From the human T2T-CHM13v2.0 reference genome, Homo sapiens: DNA of 64,000 nucleotides. The notes under the pieces were generated by a model. The model was not told where the DNA came from. It saw only the letters and a list, made by a program, of their open reading frames with translations, and did no database searches. Position 1 is the stretch's first letter. Every line of letters starts with the position of its first letter. This document shows positions 1 to 12,800 of this stretch, one piece after another. Both the position numbers and the translations under genes were made by a program. The DNA lies in NCBI RefSeq assembly GCF_009914755.1, contig NC_060935.1, one strand, 5' to 3'.

Positions 1-152
1 GGTGTGGTGGTGTGTGCCTGTCATCCCAGCTACTTGGGAGGCTGAGGCAGGAGGATCATTTCAGCCTGGGAGGCAGAGGTTGCAGTGAGCCAAGAATGTG
101 CCACTGCACTCCAGCCTGGGCAACAGAGCAAGACACTGTCTGAAAAAAAAAA
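1..152 (+). mobile_element. AluJ-like SINE, right arm (cut by window start)
   Basis: CCTGTCATCCCAGCTACTTGGGAGGCTGAGGCAGGAGGATCA...CCACTGCACTCCAGCCTGGGCAACAGAGCAAGAC plus A tail; GGAGGATC is AluJ-type. Confidence 0.9.
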
Positions 153-2366
153 TCACATGGTACACACAAAATTCATAAAACTAGATGTTATAAAACTAAA
201 TTGAAAGATTAGAAAACAGGTTTGGAAATTTTGATTTGTTCTGAATCACATAGTATGTAATAGAGGTAAAATTTAAGCCCAGGGTACCACCCAGGTCACT
301 TAATGTACTACACCAAAATTGCATCAGGGCACATTACTACAAGGCTGCAATTGTGAATTCCTTGAATATGACAAACAGAATGATGACCAAGAAGGATCAG
401 TCATCCATCAGCACCAAAGCCAACAGAATCCCAGAGTGAAAACGCACCATCCACAGATAAGTCTGAGTTTGACACTACATCTAAATTTTATAACAAATGT
501 ATGAGAGTGATTGAGACTTCAGATCTTTAACCTGAAGATCAGAGAGTTATATAATAAATAAACTCAATTCCATTCTTGCTTTATACACATGTATCTGGGA
601 GCCTGAATAGTGTACCAGCCCTTGTTGAGACAGAGTGCCTCACATATTGCATAAATCTAGTTTTTGGGTCTGCAAGGTGGGGCAAAGCCTGGACAATAGT
701 TAATTCACCAAAGAATGATGAAAAAAGAAAACATACCTTGTAGATAGGCTTTTCCCTGATATATAAATATGTCTAGATATTTATTTGATGTCCTTTATAT
801 TTGGACATTTAGCTTATGCTTTTCAGATTTTAATTGCTATCTTGCCAAAATACATATTACTGAGTCTCAAAACTTGCTTTTTATTTTTCCCCAAAATATC
901 CTATTTAACAAGAAGCAAACCTAAAACCATAATTCTGTGTTTGAACCTCTATTATGACTTAAGATGTGGAACTTTTTTACTTCACATTGAATGTACCCAA
1001 ATAATCTTTGATTATGGTCACTAGGTATAGGTAATTAGGATCTGATCCTACCAACCCAAGGCTTTCCATTTAAACATATACAAGTTGAAAACTTATTTGC
1101 CCAATTAGCTGATCTAATTCCATTTTATGTGGCCCTGGATGTATCTGAGCAACCATCCCTTTCAAGGTAAAAGCATGTTTCATTTACCTCTTTCAATACA
1201 AAGTATGTTACTGTGAGAATCAAGAATTGGTAGGGCAAATTCTGTTGTCTGAACCACTAGCTTGTATTATCCACCTCTCAGACTTTTATTTCTCTCTCAG
1301 TCATCTTTCAGATTTCAATGAGACTTTGATACCAAATGTATGTAAACTTTTTTCACATTAAAATTATACAAATATTTGATGTAATAAAACCTTGTTACTA
1401 TGATATTTTAAGAAATTGAAACCTTAAAACCTTACTGGAGATATAAAAGTAGTCTGCAGTGCCTTTTAATAGATTCTATTGAGAGTAGAGCAGGATTTGT
1501 ATCTAGAAGAAATGTGCTTTGTCACACTAAGGAAGAAAAATGTTTTGTTTTGTTTTGTTTTAATTCACATCTCACCCAGGTTTCAAATTCTTTGTTAGAG
1601 GGCCAATTTGCTTTTTATTAGCTGAAAATTCTACAGGAGATACTGGTGACCTAAGTGAAGTTGCTTAGCTAAGTGTCAAGCTAATGAGATTCTGTTATCG
1701 TGGTTTTCTCTTGTTGTTATGTTTTCTTTGAAGGGAAAACATGTTCAGGGCTTCTGAACACTAAGATAAAATTTTGGATTGTACCACTCTTCAGTCTGAT
1801 GCCAAACTTCCAATGGAATCCAAAATCACATATTCTGAATTTTATTCACAGAGTTTATCCAACTAGAATAATCCTTCATTTTGGTATACTAAATTGACTT
1901 ATAATTTCCTGATTAAAGCTGTTATGTTACTTGATTAAAACATTACAATAAAAACAGGGGTTTTTTTTGTTGTTTTTTTTCTGAGACATAAAAGCAAAAC
2001 TTTCACCTGGAATGCTAAGGTCAGTTGTTCTGCTGTGTAGAATTTTTAACCATTTCACTCATATTTATTCCATAGGTCACAAAAGCTACAGTAGCATTTC
2101 CTAACTCTGTTTAAAGCTGGTACACAATGAAAATTCTCGACCAGAATCCAGAAATTAAAAAGATGGTACAAACAGAGGAATAGAAAGAAAGACTCCACTT
2201 GAAAATGGTCTTGCCAAGAAAGAAGCAGGAGGGAAAGAGTCATCCTTGACACCTATTCCTCAAACCAGCAAGACTAGGTGTAAGTAACCTTTGGAATTAT
2301 ATAATTTCCTTTCCAACTACAAGGCACTACCAATTTTGAGAACATGGCCATCTGCTATACAACCTA

Positions 2367-2730
2367 TACTATGGTCTGAATGTTCATGCCCCCCTAAAGT
2401 TTCTATGCTAATTTTAATCACCAATGTTATGGAATTAGGAGGTAGAGCCTTTGGGGACTGATTAGGGAATTAGGGTAGGGCTGTCATCAGTGGGATTAGT
2501 GACCCTGTACAGGGGCCGCAGACAGCTGGCTTGCCTCTTCCACTGTTTGAGGACACAGCTAGAAGTGGCTATCTATGAAAAAAGAAATAGGCACTCACCA
2601 GACACCAAATCTGCTGATGCCTGGACCTTGAACTTCTCAGCCTCCAGAACCATAGGAAATAAATTTCTTGAAGTTTATAACCCATTCATTCTAAGGTATT
2701 TTGTTATAGTGGTTTGACTGGACTAAGACA
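2367..2730 (+). mobile_element. MaLR solo LTR (MLT1A-like)
   Basis: Starts TACTATGGTCTGAATG and ends GACTAAGACA; internal CAGCCTCCAGAAC...AATAAA; perfect 5-bp TSD ACCTA at 2362-2366 and 2731-2735. Confidence 0.88.
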
Positions 2731-3189
2731 ACCTAACTAAATTAAATATTTTTTACACATTTTTATATTATCAAATTGAATGCTGAAAAGAAAGAATATT
2801 CTGATTCCTTTTTCCTGCCAACAACTTTTCAAAAAAGGGAGGATTCTTCTCATTACTTGTGGCTTACTGACTTACAATTATTTCTTAATTGACTTTTGAT
2901 AACCATGTTGAATATTTAATGCTATACTATCATTAGCAAATTTATTATTAATCTAAATCATACAATTGTGGCAATTAAGTTGGCTGCATTTTAAGCACTT
3001 GCTTCATTGATCTTTAATTACACTTACAGGAACTGCACAGAACAGGAAAGTTGCTAAGCGGCACAACTCCATTTTGTTGTCCTAAAATTTGTGAACATGG
3101 CATGAAAATTTGTAAAGCAGAACCTAAATTTTCAGTGGCTTATTATTTATATATTGTACAAATTTTCCTTTTCTCTTGATAATTCATTT

Positions 3190-3460
3190 TTAGTTTATTC
3201 ATTACTAAATATTTAATGCATATCTACTGTGTCCCAGGCAATGTACTAGATGCTGGGTTTAAAATGATGAATAAGGTGAATAAGTTATCTGCCTTTATGG
3301 AACTTGTATCGTTGAGCAGAAAATAGATAAGAAGTTAAAATAAATAAGCAATGTCATTCAAATTGGTAGTAAGAGTATTAAGGGGAAAACAAAAGAAGTG
3401 AAAATAAGTTGAGACTTGAAGGATGGAAAGTACTAAGCCATTGAAGTTGCCAAAAGAAAC
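3190..3460 (-). mobile_element. L2 3' fragment
   Basis: ATTCATTACTAAATATTTAATGCATATCTACTGTGTCCCAGGCAATGTACTAGATGCTGGG resembles the reverse complement of the L2 3' end. Confidence 0.6.
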
Positions 3461-3514
3461 AACAGCTTCATCTAGGCCACATCTTTCCCTCTGAATCCTT
3501 CACCATAAACCAGA

Positions 3515-3720
3515 GAAGCTGGACGTTGTAGTTCAAATCCCAACTCTATCTCTTACTAGCTGTGTGAAATTGGGTCAGTGACTTAACTTCATTTTGCCTC
3601 AGTTTTTAAAACTTTCAAATGAAGATGAGTTCAGAGGGTCATTTTGAAAATTAAATGTGTTAATTTATATGAAGCAATTAGAACAGTAACTGGTACACTG
3701 AGAGCACTTTATAAATAACA
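3515..3720 (+). mobile_element. MIR SINE
   Basis: MIR core GTTCAAATCCCAACTCTATCTCTTACTAGCTGTGTGAAATTGGG...ACTTAACTTC...GCCTCAGTTT. Confidence 0.8.
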
Positions 3721-4029
3721 TATATTTTTATTACCATTTGTACTATTATCATTTTATGAATTTTTAGAAACCCCTCTTAGCAGCAGTATTAACCTTGTTC
3801 CTCACCCTAATTTAACTACAAAAATTGGGCAGTAAGATAAAAGGGTGGAAACTGACATTTGCTGTAGGTTTTCTCTGTACCAATTACGATGCTACTAATT
3901 TTATGTAGAATAGTTCAATTAACTCTCACAAAAAAATAAATAAATAAAACTGTCTAGGCAGGTGCAATTATGCTCACTAGATTGTAAGTTTCATGATAGC
4001 AGCTACTGAGTCTGTCTTGTAACTAACTT

Positions 4030-4659
4030 TATGATGGTTAATCTTATGTGTCATCTTGACTAGGCATGGTGCCTAGTTGTTTGGTCAAACACCAGTCTTG
4101 ATGTTGCTGTATTGTTGTTGCTTAAGATATTTTTACATGAGATTAACATTGAAACCAGTAGACTTTGAGTAAAGCAGATCATACTCTCCGTAATAAGAAT
4201 AGTCCTCATCCAATCAGTTGAAGGCCTTAAGAGAAAGGACTGAGGTGCCCGGAAAAAAAAAAAAAAAACAAATCTGCCTTCAGACTGTCTTCAGACTCAG
4301 GCTGCAACATCAAATTTTATGAGAAATTCCAGTCTGCCAACCTGCCCTGAAGATTTCAGCATTGCCAGTCCCTACAATCATGTTAGCCAATTATTTAAAA
4401 TAAATCTTTCTTTCTATATATATATTTCTAAGATAGATATATAGAGAGATTATATGTAATGTAGATATACATAGAAAGACAGAGATAGAGAGATCTATCT
4501 ATGTATACACATATATATTTATACATACATCTATCTATACATACATATATGGAGATATATATATATATAGATATAGATATATAGATAGACAGATAGATAG
4601 ATAGACACACACACACACATCCTATCAGTCTGTTTCTCTGGAGAACATTGATTAATACA
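4030..4659 (+). mobile_element. ERVL solo LTR (MLT2 family) interrupting an L2 3' end (about 3977-4029 and 4660-4770)
   Basis: Starts TATGATGGTTAATCTTATGTGTCATCTTGACTAGG and ends GTTTCTCTGGAGAACATTGATTAATACA; both flanks are L2-like (CTAGATTGTAAG..., AAATATTTGTTGAATAAA, (GAAT)n). Confidence 0.85.
4415..4620. repeat. Compound TA/GATA/CA microsatellite inside MLT2
   Basis: Mixed (TA)n, (TAGA)n and (CA)n runs seen directly. Confidence 0.9.
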
Positions 4660-5432
4660 AGTTCCTAGCAATATTTGTTGTACATGAAAGTTAATCAGTA
4701 AATATTTGTTGAATAAAAGCATGAACACATATTGGCAACAGCAATTAAATGAATGAATGAATGAATGAGAGGATTAGAAAGTTTGAATGAATTTTTGACT
4801 CATATATCTGAACATAGTAAAACTAGAATTCAGACCAATATTTATCTAAATCCAAAGCCATGGCATATCCTCTATTTGAAAATTTCATCTTTTATTAGAC
4901 CCTAAAAATAAAAAAGCAACACCATCATTATTACAGGTAGGTTAATATCTCCTACTCATCCATGTAATTTTCCATACATATCTTATTAGACAGTAAAATA
5001 ACTACTCAAACTCAAGTCCTCTGATTCTAGCATTTTAAAAACGTTTTTGACTATACTAAGTTACTCAAAATTATTCTCAGTTCTTTCTTCTCCATATTGG
5101 GAAAGCTTATTACTCTACTTTTTCCAAAACAAGTCATTTCAGTTGGACCACCACTGAATGGCCTTATGATCTTAGGCATGTGGATCAAATTCTCTGAGCC
5201 TCTGGACATTTATAATAATTTCTTTAAAACTGTCTCTATGCACAAAATATTTCATTTGAAAATATGTCAAATTCTCTTTGGATAAAAAAAGTCCAAGTTG
5301 TTAAGCCTGCCATAAAAGAATTCTATGACCTGTCTGCTTCTCTTTCTATGTCTCTGGCCATGTCTCACTCAACTTATCATCTTCAATGATAAAAAAAAGT
5401 CCTCAAGTTTCTGCAAACAGCATGCTGTTTTT

Positions 5433-5730
5433 GTTGGTTTGTTTGTTTTCAGACAGGGTCCTGCTCTGTCGCCTAGGCTCTAATGCAGTGGCACGAACAC
5501 GGCTCACTGCAGCCTTGACCTTCTGGGCTCCAGAAATCATCTTACCTTAGCCTCCTAAGTAGCTGGGACTACAGGCATGCACCACCATGCCCAGCTGATT
5601 TTTTACTTTTTTGTAGAGATGAAGTTTGACCATGTTTCTCAGGCTGGTCTCGAGCTCTTGGGTTTAAGTGATCCTCCTGTGTCAGCCTCCCAAAGTGCCG
5701 GGATTACTGATAGAAGACACTGCACCCAGC
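5433..5730 (-). mobile_element. AluJ-like SINE, full length
   Basis: Reverse-complement Alu dimer (AGACAGGGTC...GGCTCACTGCAGCCTTGACC...CTCCCAAAGTG...TGCACCCAGC); 10-bp TSD TGCTGTTTTT at 5423-5432 and 5731-5740. Confidence 0.93.
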
Positions 5731-6119
5731 TGCTGTTTTTACCTCCCTTCTTTTTTTTACACTTTATCTGTGCCTAGAATGTTAAATTTAGAGGTCTTAT
5801 TGTTGCATTGCATGTTTATTTCTTAAAACTTCTGACGGTACTATGTGCTTAGATTTGTGTTCCTTTACTTCCACATAAATGTGTGCACCTCACAAACGAT
5901 TATGTTATACTGAATTTATTAATCTATATATTTAAATGTTAGATATTATTTATAAGAAATTTGAGTGTAGCGACAATATCCAGTGTATCTATATGCATGG
6001 ACTACAAAGCACAATGTTAGACATATAGCAATTTAAACATTATTAATTCAACCAAAATAACATTATATTGGCTCGTGTGAAGATTATATATCTTTATCTA
6101 GAACAAAAAAAAAACAAAG

Positions 6120-9060
6120 TTTTAGTACATCCACTTTCATGTGAGATTCAATAGATAGTGACAGACTAGTGTTCCTCTAAGAACAACCAGAAAAATTATG
6201 TAAAATGGAAATTATCTGCTTAAAGTTACCAAAAAAGCCTCTACTACAACATGAGCAAGATAATATTCAAATGAGGGAAAGAAACTAGGAGAGGTAAGCT
6301 ATAGCCACTGGTAGTTGGAGATCATGTGCTAATTCTGGAATCAAGTAAGAGGTTCTGAATCCATGTCACACATCAGAAGTGGCAAACTATGATCTGTGAA
6401 CTAAATGAGGCTGACTGCATATTTTCTATGGCCTACAAATTAAAAATGTTTCTTTACATTGTTGGGTGGTTGAAAAAAACATGAAGGAAGAATACTTCAT
6501 GAAAATTCTATGAAATTCAGATTTCAGTATCTTTCAATAAAGTTTTGTTAGAATATAACCAGCTAATAACATGTTTAAACATTATCTATGGCTGTGTTCA
6601 GGCTACAACTATACAGTTCAGTAGTTATAACCGTGACTGTAAGCCCACAAAGCCCAACATATTTACCATTTGGTCTTTTACAGAAAGAGGTTGGCAATCT
6701 CTAGTTTATGCTTTCAGAAGGCTTCAGATGCACAATAATTATTTTGATAGAAACTTAGGAATTCTCCTACCTACAACCTGATTTGCCTCTAGGTCATTTG
6801 TAATATTTTGTGATAATGTATGTGGAAGACTTTAAAACTAGTGGAAAATCTTTATTAAGCAGAGCAAAAGTTTTGACAGTATTGAACACCAAAGGTTAGA
6901 ATGTGGAGTCCACTGGCAAGGGGAGGAGGAATAGCCATGGAGAGCACAGCACATTCTTAGCTATAAAGCTGGAAGACAGCCAGAGATATACTGGTGTCTT
7001 AAGAAACCTGAAGCCAAGCCCCAGCCCAGTACAGTATCTGACTAGATTAAGATGAGCACCTATCACTCTATTGGCCTTTTTAAGGTAAGACACACCCTCT
7101 CAGGATAATAAAAACATCATTAGAAGCCTATGTAATTTTTTTAACGATGTCTGCCCTGCAATCAAAACTTAAATATATCAAAAAAGGTCATGTGATTTAA
7201 AATAATAAAAAAAAAACAGAAAATAGTTGAAGAATCAGAGATGATCTAGATATTGATATTAGATAACAAAGACTAACTGAAATGTTTATAGTAAAGTAAA
7301 TGGGAGAATACAAAAAAAAGATGAAAAAATTGATGAGACTATATAGAGTTTCACCAAATAATTAAAATCTATGTAATATAATAAAATGTGAAGTCTACAA
7401 ATGAGAAATATCTGAAATTGAGAACATATTATATGGGATTAAGAGGACATATTTTTAAAAAATGCAATAATTTATGAACTAGAAGACAAGTCAAAGAAAA
7501 TTTCCAAACTGAAATTTAAGAGTAAAACAAATGTAAAATACAATAAATAGCATCAGAGATATGTAAATAATACATAAAGGTCAAACATAAGTTTACTTTT
7601 TAATTCCAAAAGTAAAAAGGAGAGACAATGAGGCCAAGGAGTACTTTTAAAACTGATGAAAAAATCAACCTATTGATTCAAAAAGCTCTACAAATCCCAC
7701 GCAAAATAAATGAAAATAAAACTACACTTATGTTCATTATGGTAAATTGCTATGAACCAAAGAGAAATTTTTAAATGCAACACAAATTATGCACTTTTCT
7801 TTATATGTGTTATATTTCAATAAAAAGTTTTAAAAATTATAGAGAAAAAATAGGTATTTTATCTCCAACAAAGCAAAAAGCCTGTTCAGTGGATTCTTCA
7901 ACAGGAATTATAAAAACTGTAAAATATGTAATGATAGCTGTAAAGTCCCAGAAGAAAATAGCTTCCAGTCTAGAATGCTGTGCCCAGTGAAAATACTCTG
8001 CAGAGATAAATGTAGAATTAAGATGTTTTCTGACCCAACAAAACAATGAGGGGATTGGTGACCAATAAGTCATGTACTAAAAAACACATTACAGAAAATT
8101 TTTCATGTGCTAAGAATATGATCACAGGGAAAAACACTGAGTTAAAGGAAGATGTGAGAAGCAAAGAAAAGGGAAATACATGGGAAAATATAAATGAACA
8201 TTCCAATAAATTTTGACTACACAAAACTATAATTGTAATGCCTTATGGGATGAAAATATATAAAAAATAAAAATATGTGACAACATTAACACATAAGGGA
8301 TATAGGTAAATGCAGTTAAAGTATTCTAAGTTTCCTGTATTACTAGGGAAACTTTAAAATAATAATTTATATTGTACTTGAATGAGTCAAGGATACATAT
8401 TTAATCTCAATGTAAGCATTGAAAACTGTACCTGTACAAATTGGTTACATATGCACTGGGGAAAAAATGTGAAGTAAAAATATTTTATTAATCTAAGGGA
8501 AGTAAATAATAAAGAAAAAGAATTATGAAACACCTAGGTCAAATGAAATCAATAAATAAAAATCCAACTAGATTGATATTTACATTAAATATAAATGGAC
8601 TAAATATTTCAAGTTAAAAACTAATATTTTCAGACTAGATTTACAAATAGAACAAATAAAAATAAAAACAAGCTACCAAAAATTTATCTTCTGCTTATAA
8701 GATGTACTAATATATATATGTATATATACTAATATCAAAGTAGAATAATGCAAAACTAATTTCTAAGACAAAAATAGTGATATTTCATTACAATAAGGGT
8801 GACAATCCAATAGAAATGTGTCATAATTCTAGGTAGGTATGCACAATCACACAGATTCAATATGTATACAAAAATTAAAATGAGAAACAGACAAATTCAC
8901 AGTTATGATGGAAATATTATAAAACCTTCATTAATTGCTAATAGACAAACAAGCAGCAAGAATATGGAATATTTAAAAATCACAATTAAATGGTATTTAT
9001 GTATATGTATATATCATCAACATATGCATAAAAGAGACTCTAACAATGACAGAATAAACT
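6120..9060 (+). mobile_element. Old L1M (L1MC/L1ME-class) 5'UTR, ORF1 and start of ORF2, degraded
   Basis: A-rich sense strand with L1 ORF1-like (GAACTAGAAGACAAGTCAAAGAAAATTTCCAAACTGAA) and ORF2 endonuclease-like (ACATTAAATATAAATGGACTAAAT) motifs; no intact frame. Confidence 0.65.
6374..6702. mobile_element. MER58 (hAT-Charlie) non-autonomous DNA transposon, B-type length
   Basis: GGCAAACTATG start, AATAAAGTTTTGTTAGAA...CTATGGCTG...AAAGCCCAACATATTTACCATTTGGTCTTTACAGAAAG end, with degenerate terminal inverted repeats. Confidence 0.75.
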
Positions 9061-9459
9061 AGATATAGTATTATTTTGTCTCCAATTCCTACATCAAAAT
9101 AACTAAATCAAGGGGGAAGGTATAAAGCAATTTTTGCTTATAGTAAAATTTTACTCAAGGACATGCTTAGACATAGGTCTACTAAATGCACTCAAATAAC
9201 ACAATTTGTAATCTCTCTCATCACAAGAAACATCTTCATTTGCATTTTAACAGCTAACATAAAAAGGTGAACCTATGCCCCCAAAATCTTGCCTGTAGGA
9301 TAACAAGCACTGTATTCTTTTCTGGCTCCATTACTATAGTTTGAGCTAGGTACAATAATATCTCTAATAAACATGTAATTCAGTTCACATTTTTCTCATC
9401 ATCTTGTGAATAGTTTAATAAATTTTAAATTATAAGCAGACTCCAAGTCCATATATTAT

Positions 9460-9680
9460 TGGGTTAAAATCCTGGACATTGGAGTCTGACAGATCTAAAT
9501 TTAAATTCAATTTTGCAACTGGATAACTCGCTCTTGGGCAAATTAGCTAACCTCACCGCAGAATGAAAATAATAATGCCTTTATCATAATGTGATGAAAA
9601 TTAAATGAAGTAATTTACATAAAATGCTTAGCAGACTGTTCAGCATTTTGTAAATTCAGGGACAACTGTAGCTTATTGTT
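9460..9680 (+). mobile_element. MIR SINE
   Basis: TTGGAGTCTGACAGATCT...CTTGGGCAAATTAGCTAACCTC...ATTAAATGAAGTAAT...AAAATGCTTAGCA. Confidence 0.7.
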
Positions 9681-11210
9681 ATCCTTTTCATTGGTTTAGG
9701 GCTTGGCAAAACTCATTGTCTTATAGTCTTATATCATTAAATCTCCTTAGGTAGTGCAACTTGGTTATGGAGGGGAGAGTAAGCTGAGTAGGTATGTGAG
9801 AGGTACAGCAGAGGATCAAGAAATGTTGGACATTATTTTTAAAAATAAAGCAAACAAGATTGTTGCATAGAAATTGAAAAATGAAGTTATAAAAAGTTAT
9901 AGTTAATTTAAGCAGCTATAATTATAAAAGTAGAACACTTCATGAAGTCATAGAATGTATTAAAATTTAATTGATACTCATTTTCCAGACTGAACATAGG
10001 ATATGAATATTAATCTTTCTAAAATATACTATATCCTATTTGGTCAATTTTTACATGGAACAATGTTTTAGTGGACACTGGCAACATCTAGTTCTCAGGC
10101 TTTCCTTTATCTACGTTGTCATTATTGAGCAATCTCTCTTCTAATTAAGTTTTTTTATTTGTTTGTTTTACTTCAGATGGGCTTATAACTTTAATCAGCT
10201 TTAGATAAAGTGTTATGGGTATCAGAGGCATTGTCTACCTTCAATAAGAAAATGTATATGTTTATTCTTATTCATAATAAACTGAATTAATTGTCTTAAT
10301 CTTAGAGAGCATCATTTTCACTTTTATTTCCAAGCTCTCTTAGACAAGGATCACTTTATGTGTACATTCACACCTCCCTAAAATCTCAATCCTGTTTGCA
10401 GAAATGGGCTATCAATCATATCAATCAAAGCATTTGCAAGTAAAAAAGGAAAAAAATTGGTATTATACTTATTTCAAGTGCAAAAAGCTAACCAATAGCT
10501 TATTGCCTTCATTGTAGAGTTTTGATAGTATAAAATATATATAGATTCACTTTTTTTCTAAAGCCCATTTATTGTATCTCTATGTGTATATTACCTTTTG
10601 GACCAACACAAATGATGGATTGAATAATTTTAACTAAAGCCTCAGGTTAACACTCAATAAAATTCTCTGGTTACATTTTTCCACCACTTAACTGTGAATT
10701 GAGAATGGCCAAATCATATATAAATATCTGTATCTCCAGCCTAAAATAGTGATGACTGAATAAAAACTGCCCAGCAAAACATTTTAAATGGAAAACTTTC
10801 AGGAGACAGAAAATACTTTATTGCCACCTTTATTACTGTCTACTTTTAAGCAATGTGTACTGTTTTATAACACTAGCCAAACTTTTTTTTTTTTTACATC
10901 TCACATCATTTTCTTTTTCTACCTCTCACCCTCACACTGCATTTGCAGAGCTGAAGAAGCAATTAGGAATCAGGCCATTAAAAATTCAGTGGTTTTTCCA
11001 GAAACTATCAGAAGAGCGAGAGTGTGAGCCTGAAACTTTATCAACCAGCTAATTCAATTTCCTGTCATTGGTCAACTGGGCACTTAGTAATTTCTCCCAA
11101 AATTAGAAAATAAAAAACAAACAAAAGAACGTCACTAGCAGTACTGCATCATTTGGCTACTAATAAGTTATTAATTCGCTCACTTTCTCATATAGCATAG
11201 CAACAATATT

Positions 11211-11428
11211 AATTTATTTCATTTTATTTTATGGGAAGGGTACATGTGCAGGGTGTGCAGGTTTGTTACATAGGTAAACATGTGTCATGGTGGTTTGCTG
11301 CACCTATCGACCCATCACCTAAGTATTAAGCCCAGCATGCATTAGCTATTTTTTCTGATGTGCTGCTTCCCGTCGTCCACAGGCCCCAGTATGTGTTGTT
11401 CCCCTCCCTGTGTCTATATGTTCTCACT
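11211..11428 (-). mobile_element. Heavily 5'-truncated L1PA (about L1PA8-10) 3' end
   Basis: GGGTACATGTGCAGG...GTTTGTTACATAGGTAAAC...GTATTAAGCCCAGCATGCATTAGC; TSD GCAACAA(T/C)ATT at 11200-11210 and 11429-11439. Confidence 0.88.
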
Positions 11429-12539
11429 GCAACAACATTTTAAAATCAGATTTTCAAAATCTTCCATAATAAAAATAACTATTAAATATAGAAAATCTGG
11501 GCTAAGCACAGATTTCATTCAGGTCATTCAGTGTTCCCTACCTTGTGGCTATAATAAAACAGGGACAATGCTACCATTTTAATTTGACACATAGTCATTT
11601 TCAGATAAATATACTTGTAAAATGGAAGTGATGATAATGATACCTATCTCACAAGATATTTTTAAAGATCAAATGAAATAATAATGATAAATGTGCTTTG
11701 CAAAATATAAAGTGTTAGAAAAATAGTAATTATCATCATCAGTGTCATTATTGTTAGTACCATAATTATATACAAGCGAAGTAACCTGTCATCTATGTGA
11801 TACAGTTTAAAGACACCTTGAAGACACAATGATAAGATAAATTGCCCTAATAGTCTCTGAATTCTTACTATTCATTTGCTATCTACTTAGAAATAAACAA
11901 ACACACACCATTTGGAAGAAGATGAATTTGTTATTCATTCACATGCTAGTATGAATTATTCACATGCGAGTATGAATTCATTGAATTGGATCATTTTAGT
12001 CTTAACTATTACGTTTGTATCTGAAATGTAGCAGAAAATGAGGAGAGGCAATTTTATGGCATGAAACAGTGAGAGATGCATGAGACCTGGTTAATATCCT
12101 GTAGAGGACAGCATTCTGTTAGTGGAACAGATGAGAACCCTGTGTAGATAAGAAGAACAGCAACACATGTAATAAAAGAAAAAACTTGTATGGCCTTTTA
12201 AATGTTTCTCCAAGTGTTAAAGAAAGAGGCAACTAAGCTAGGGAAAAAAGGGCACCACTGCTTCGACAAAGAAGCACTTATTTTTACTCTTAGTTTGCCC
12301 TAACAAGGAAAGCAAATGGTATGACCCAAAGAATTCACTACCACCACCATTAATTTTGCTGCAGTAGATAATCAGGATATTTTCTAACAATACTTATAAA
12401 ATTAGAGGAAGACATAGTTAAGAATATTGCAAACAAAAAGGAACATTGTGTTTTAGCTAACTATGTGGTATTATGTGTCAAGTTTGTAAAAAGAAGTTCA
12501 CAGAAAAATATTGCAAATATGGTTTATAACAAAAAAAAA

Positions 12540-12800
12540 TGAGGTATTAAGAAAACTTTCTGCCTTGCTTTTCATCTTAAGCTTTGGTTGTGATGAGAGC
12601 TTTTGGCACCACACCTGAAGACAGACACCAACAAATAGGACGTTGTTTTTAGTAGACTTTTTCTATCGTGAGGAAAGTAAAGACCATGTTATACAAGAAA
12701 CAGTTAAAAAAAAGTACATTATATAGTATGGAGAAATGAAGTCATGACAAAGGAAGACAGAGGGATTTACTGTGTTTAAGAAAAGATATTCAATAAGGCA
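12540..12800 (+). mobile_element. L3/CR1 LINE fragment (end of ORF2 region)
   Basis: TTTTGGCACCACACCTGAAGACAGACACCAACAAATAGGA and GACCATGTTATACAAGAAACAGTTAAAA resemble the remembered L3 consensus TGGGCACCACATTTTAAGAAGGACATTGACAAACTGGA...ACCATGTCATATGAGGAACGGTTGAAG. Confidence 0.5.

Noticed and set aside
737-900. Minus-strand exon candidate (TTAAATAG| ... CAAG|GTATGT)
   Set aside because: The donor is good but all frames contain stops and nothing else supports it, so it is indistinguishable from a pseudo-exon.
1036-1050. TAGGATC-T-GATCCTA palindrome
   Set aside because: A 7-bp arm is expected by chance in 64 kb.
10141-10260. Strong + strand acceptor TTTGTTTTACTTCAG
   Set aside because: No convincing downstream donor.
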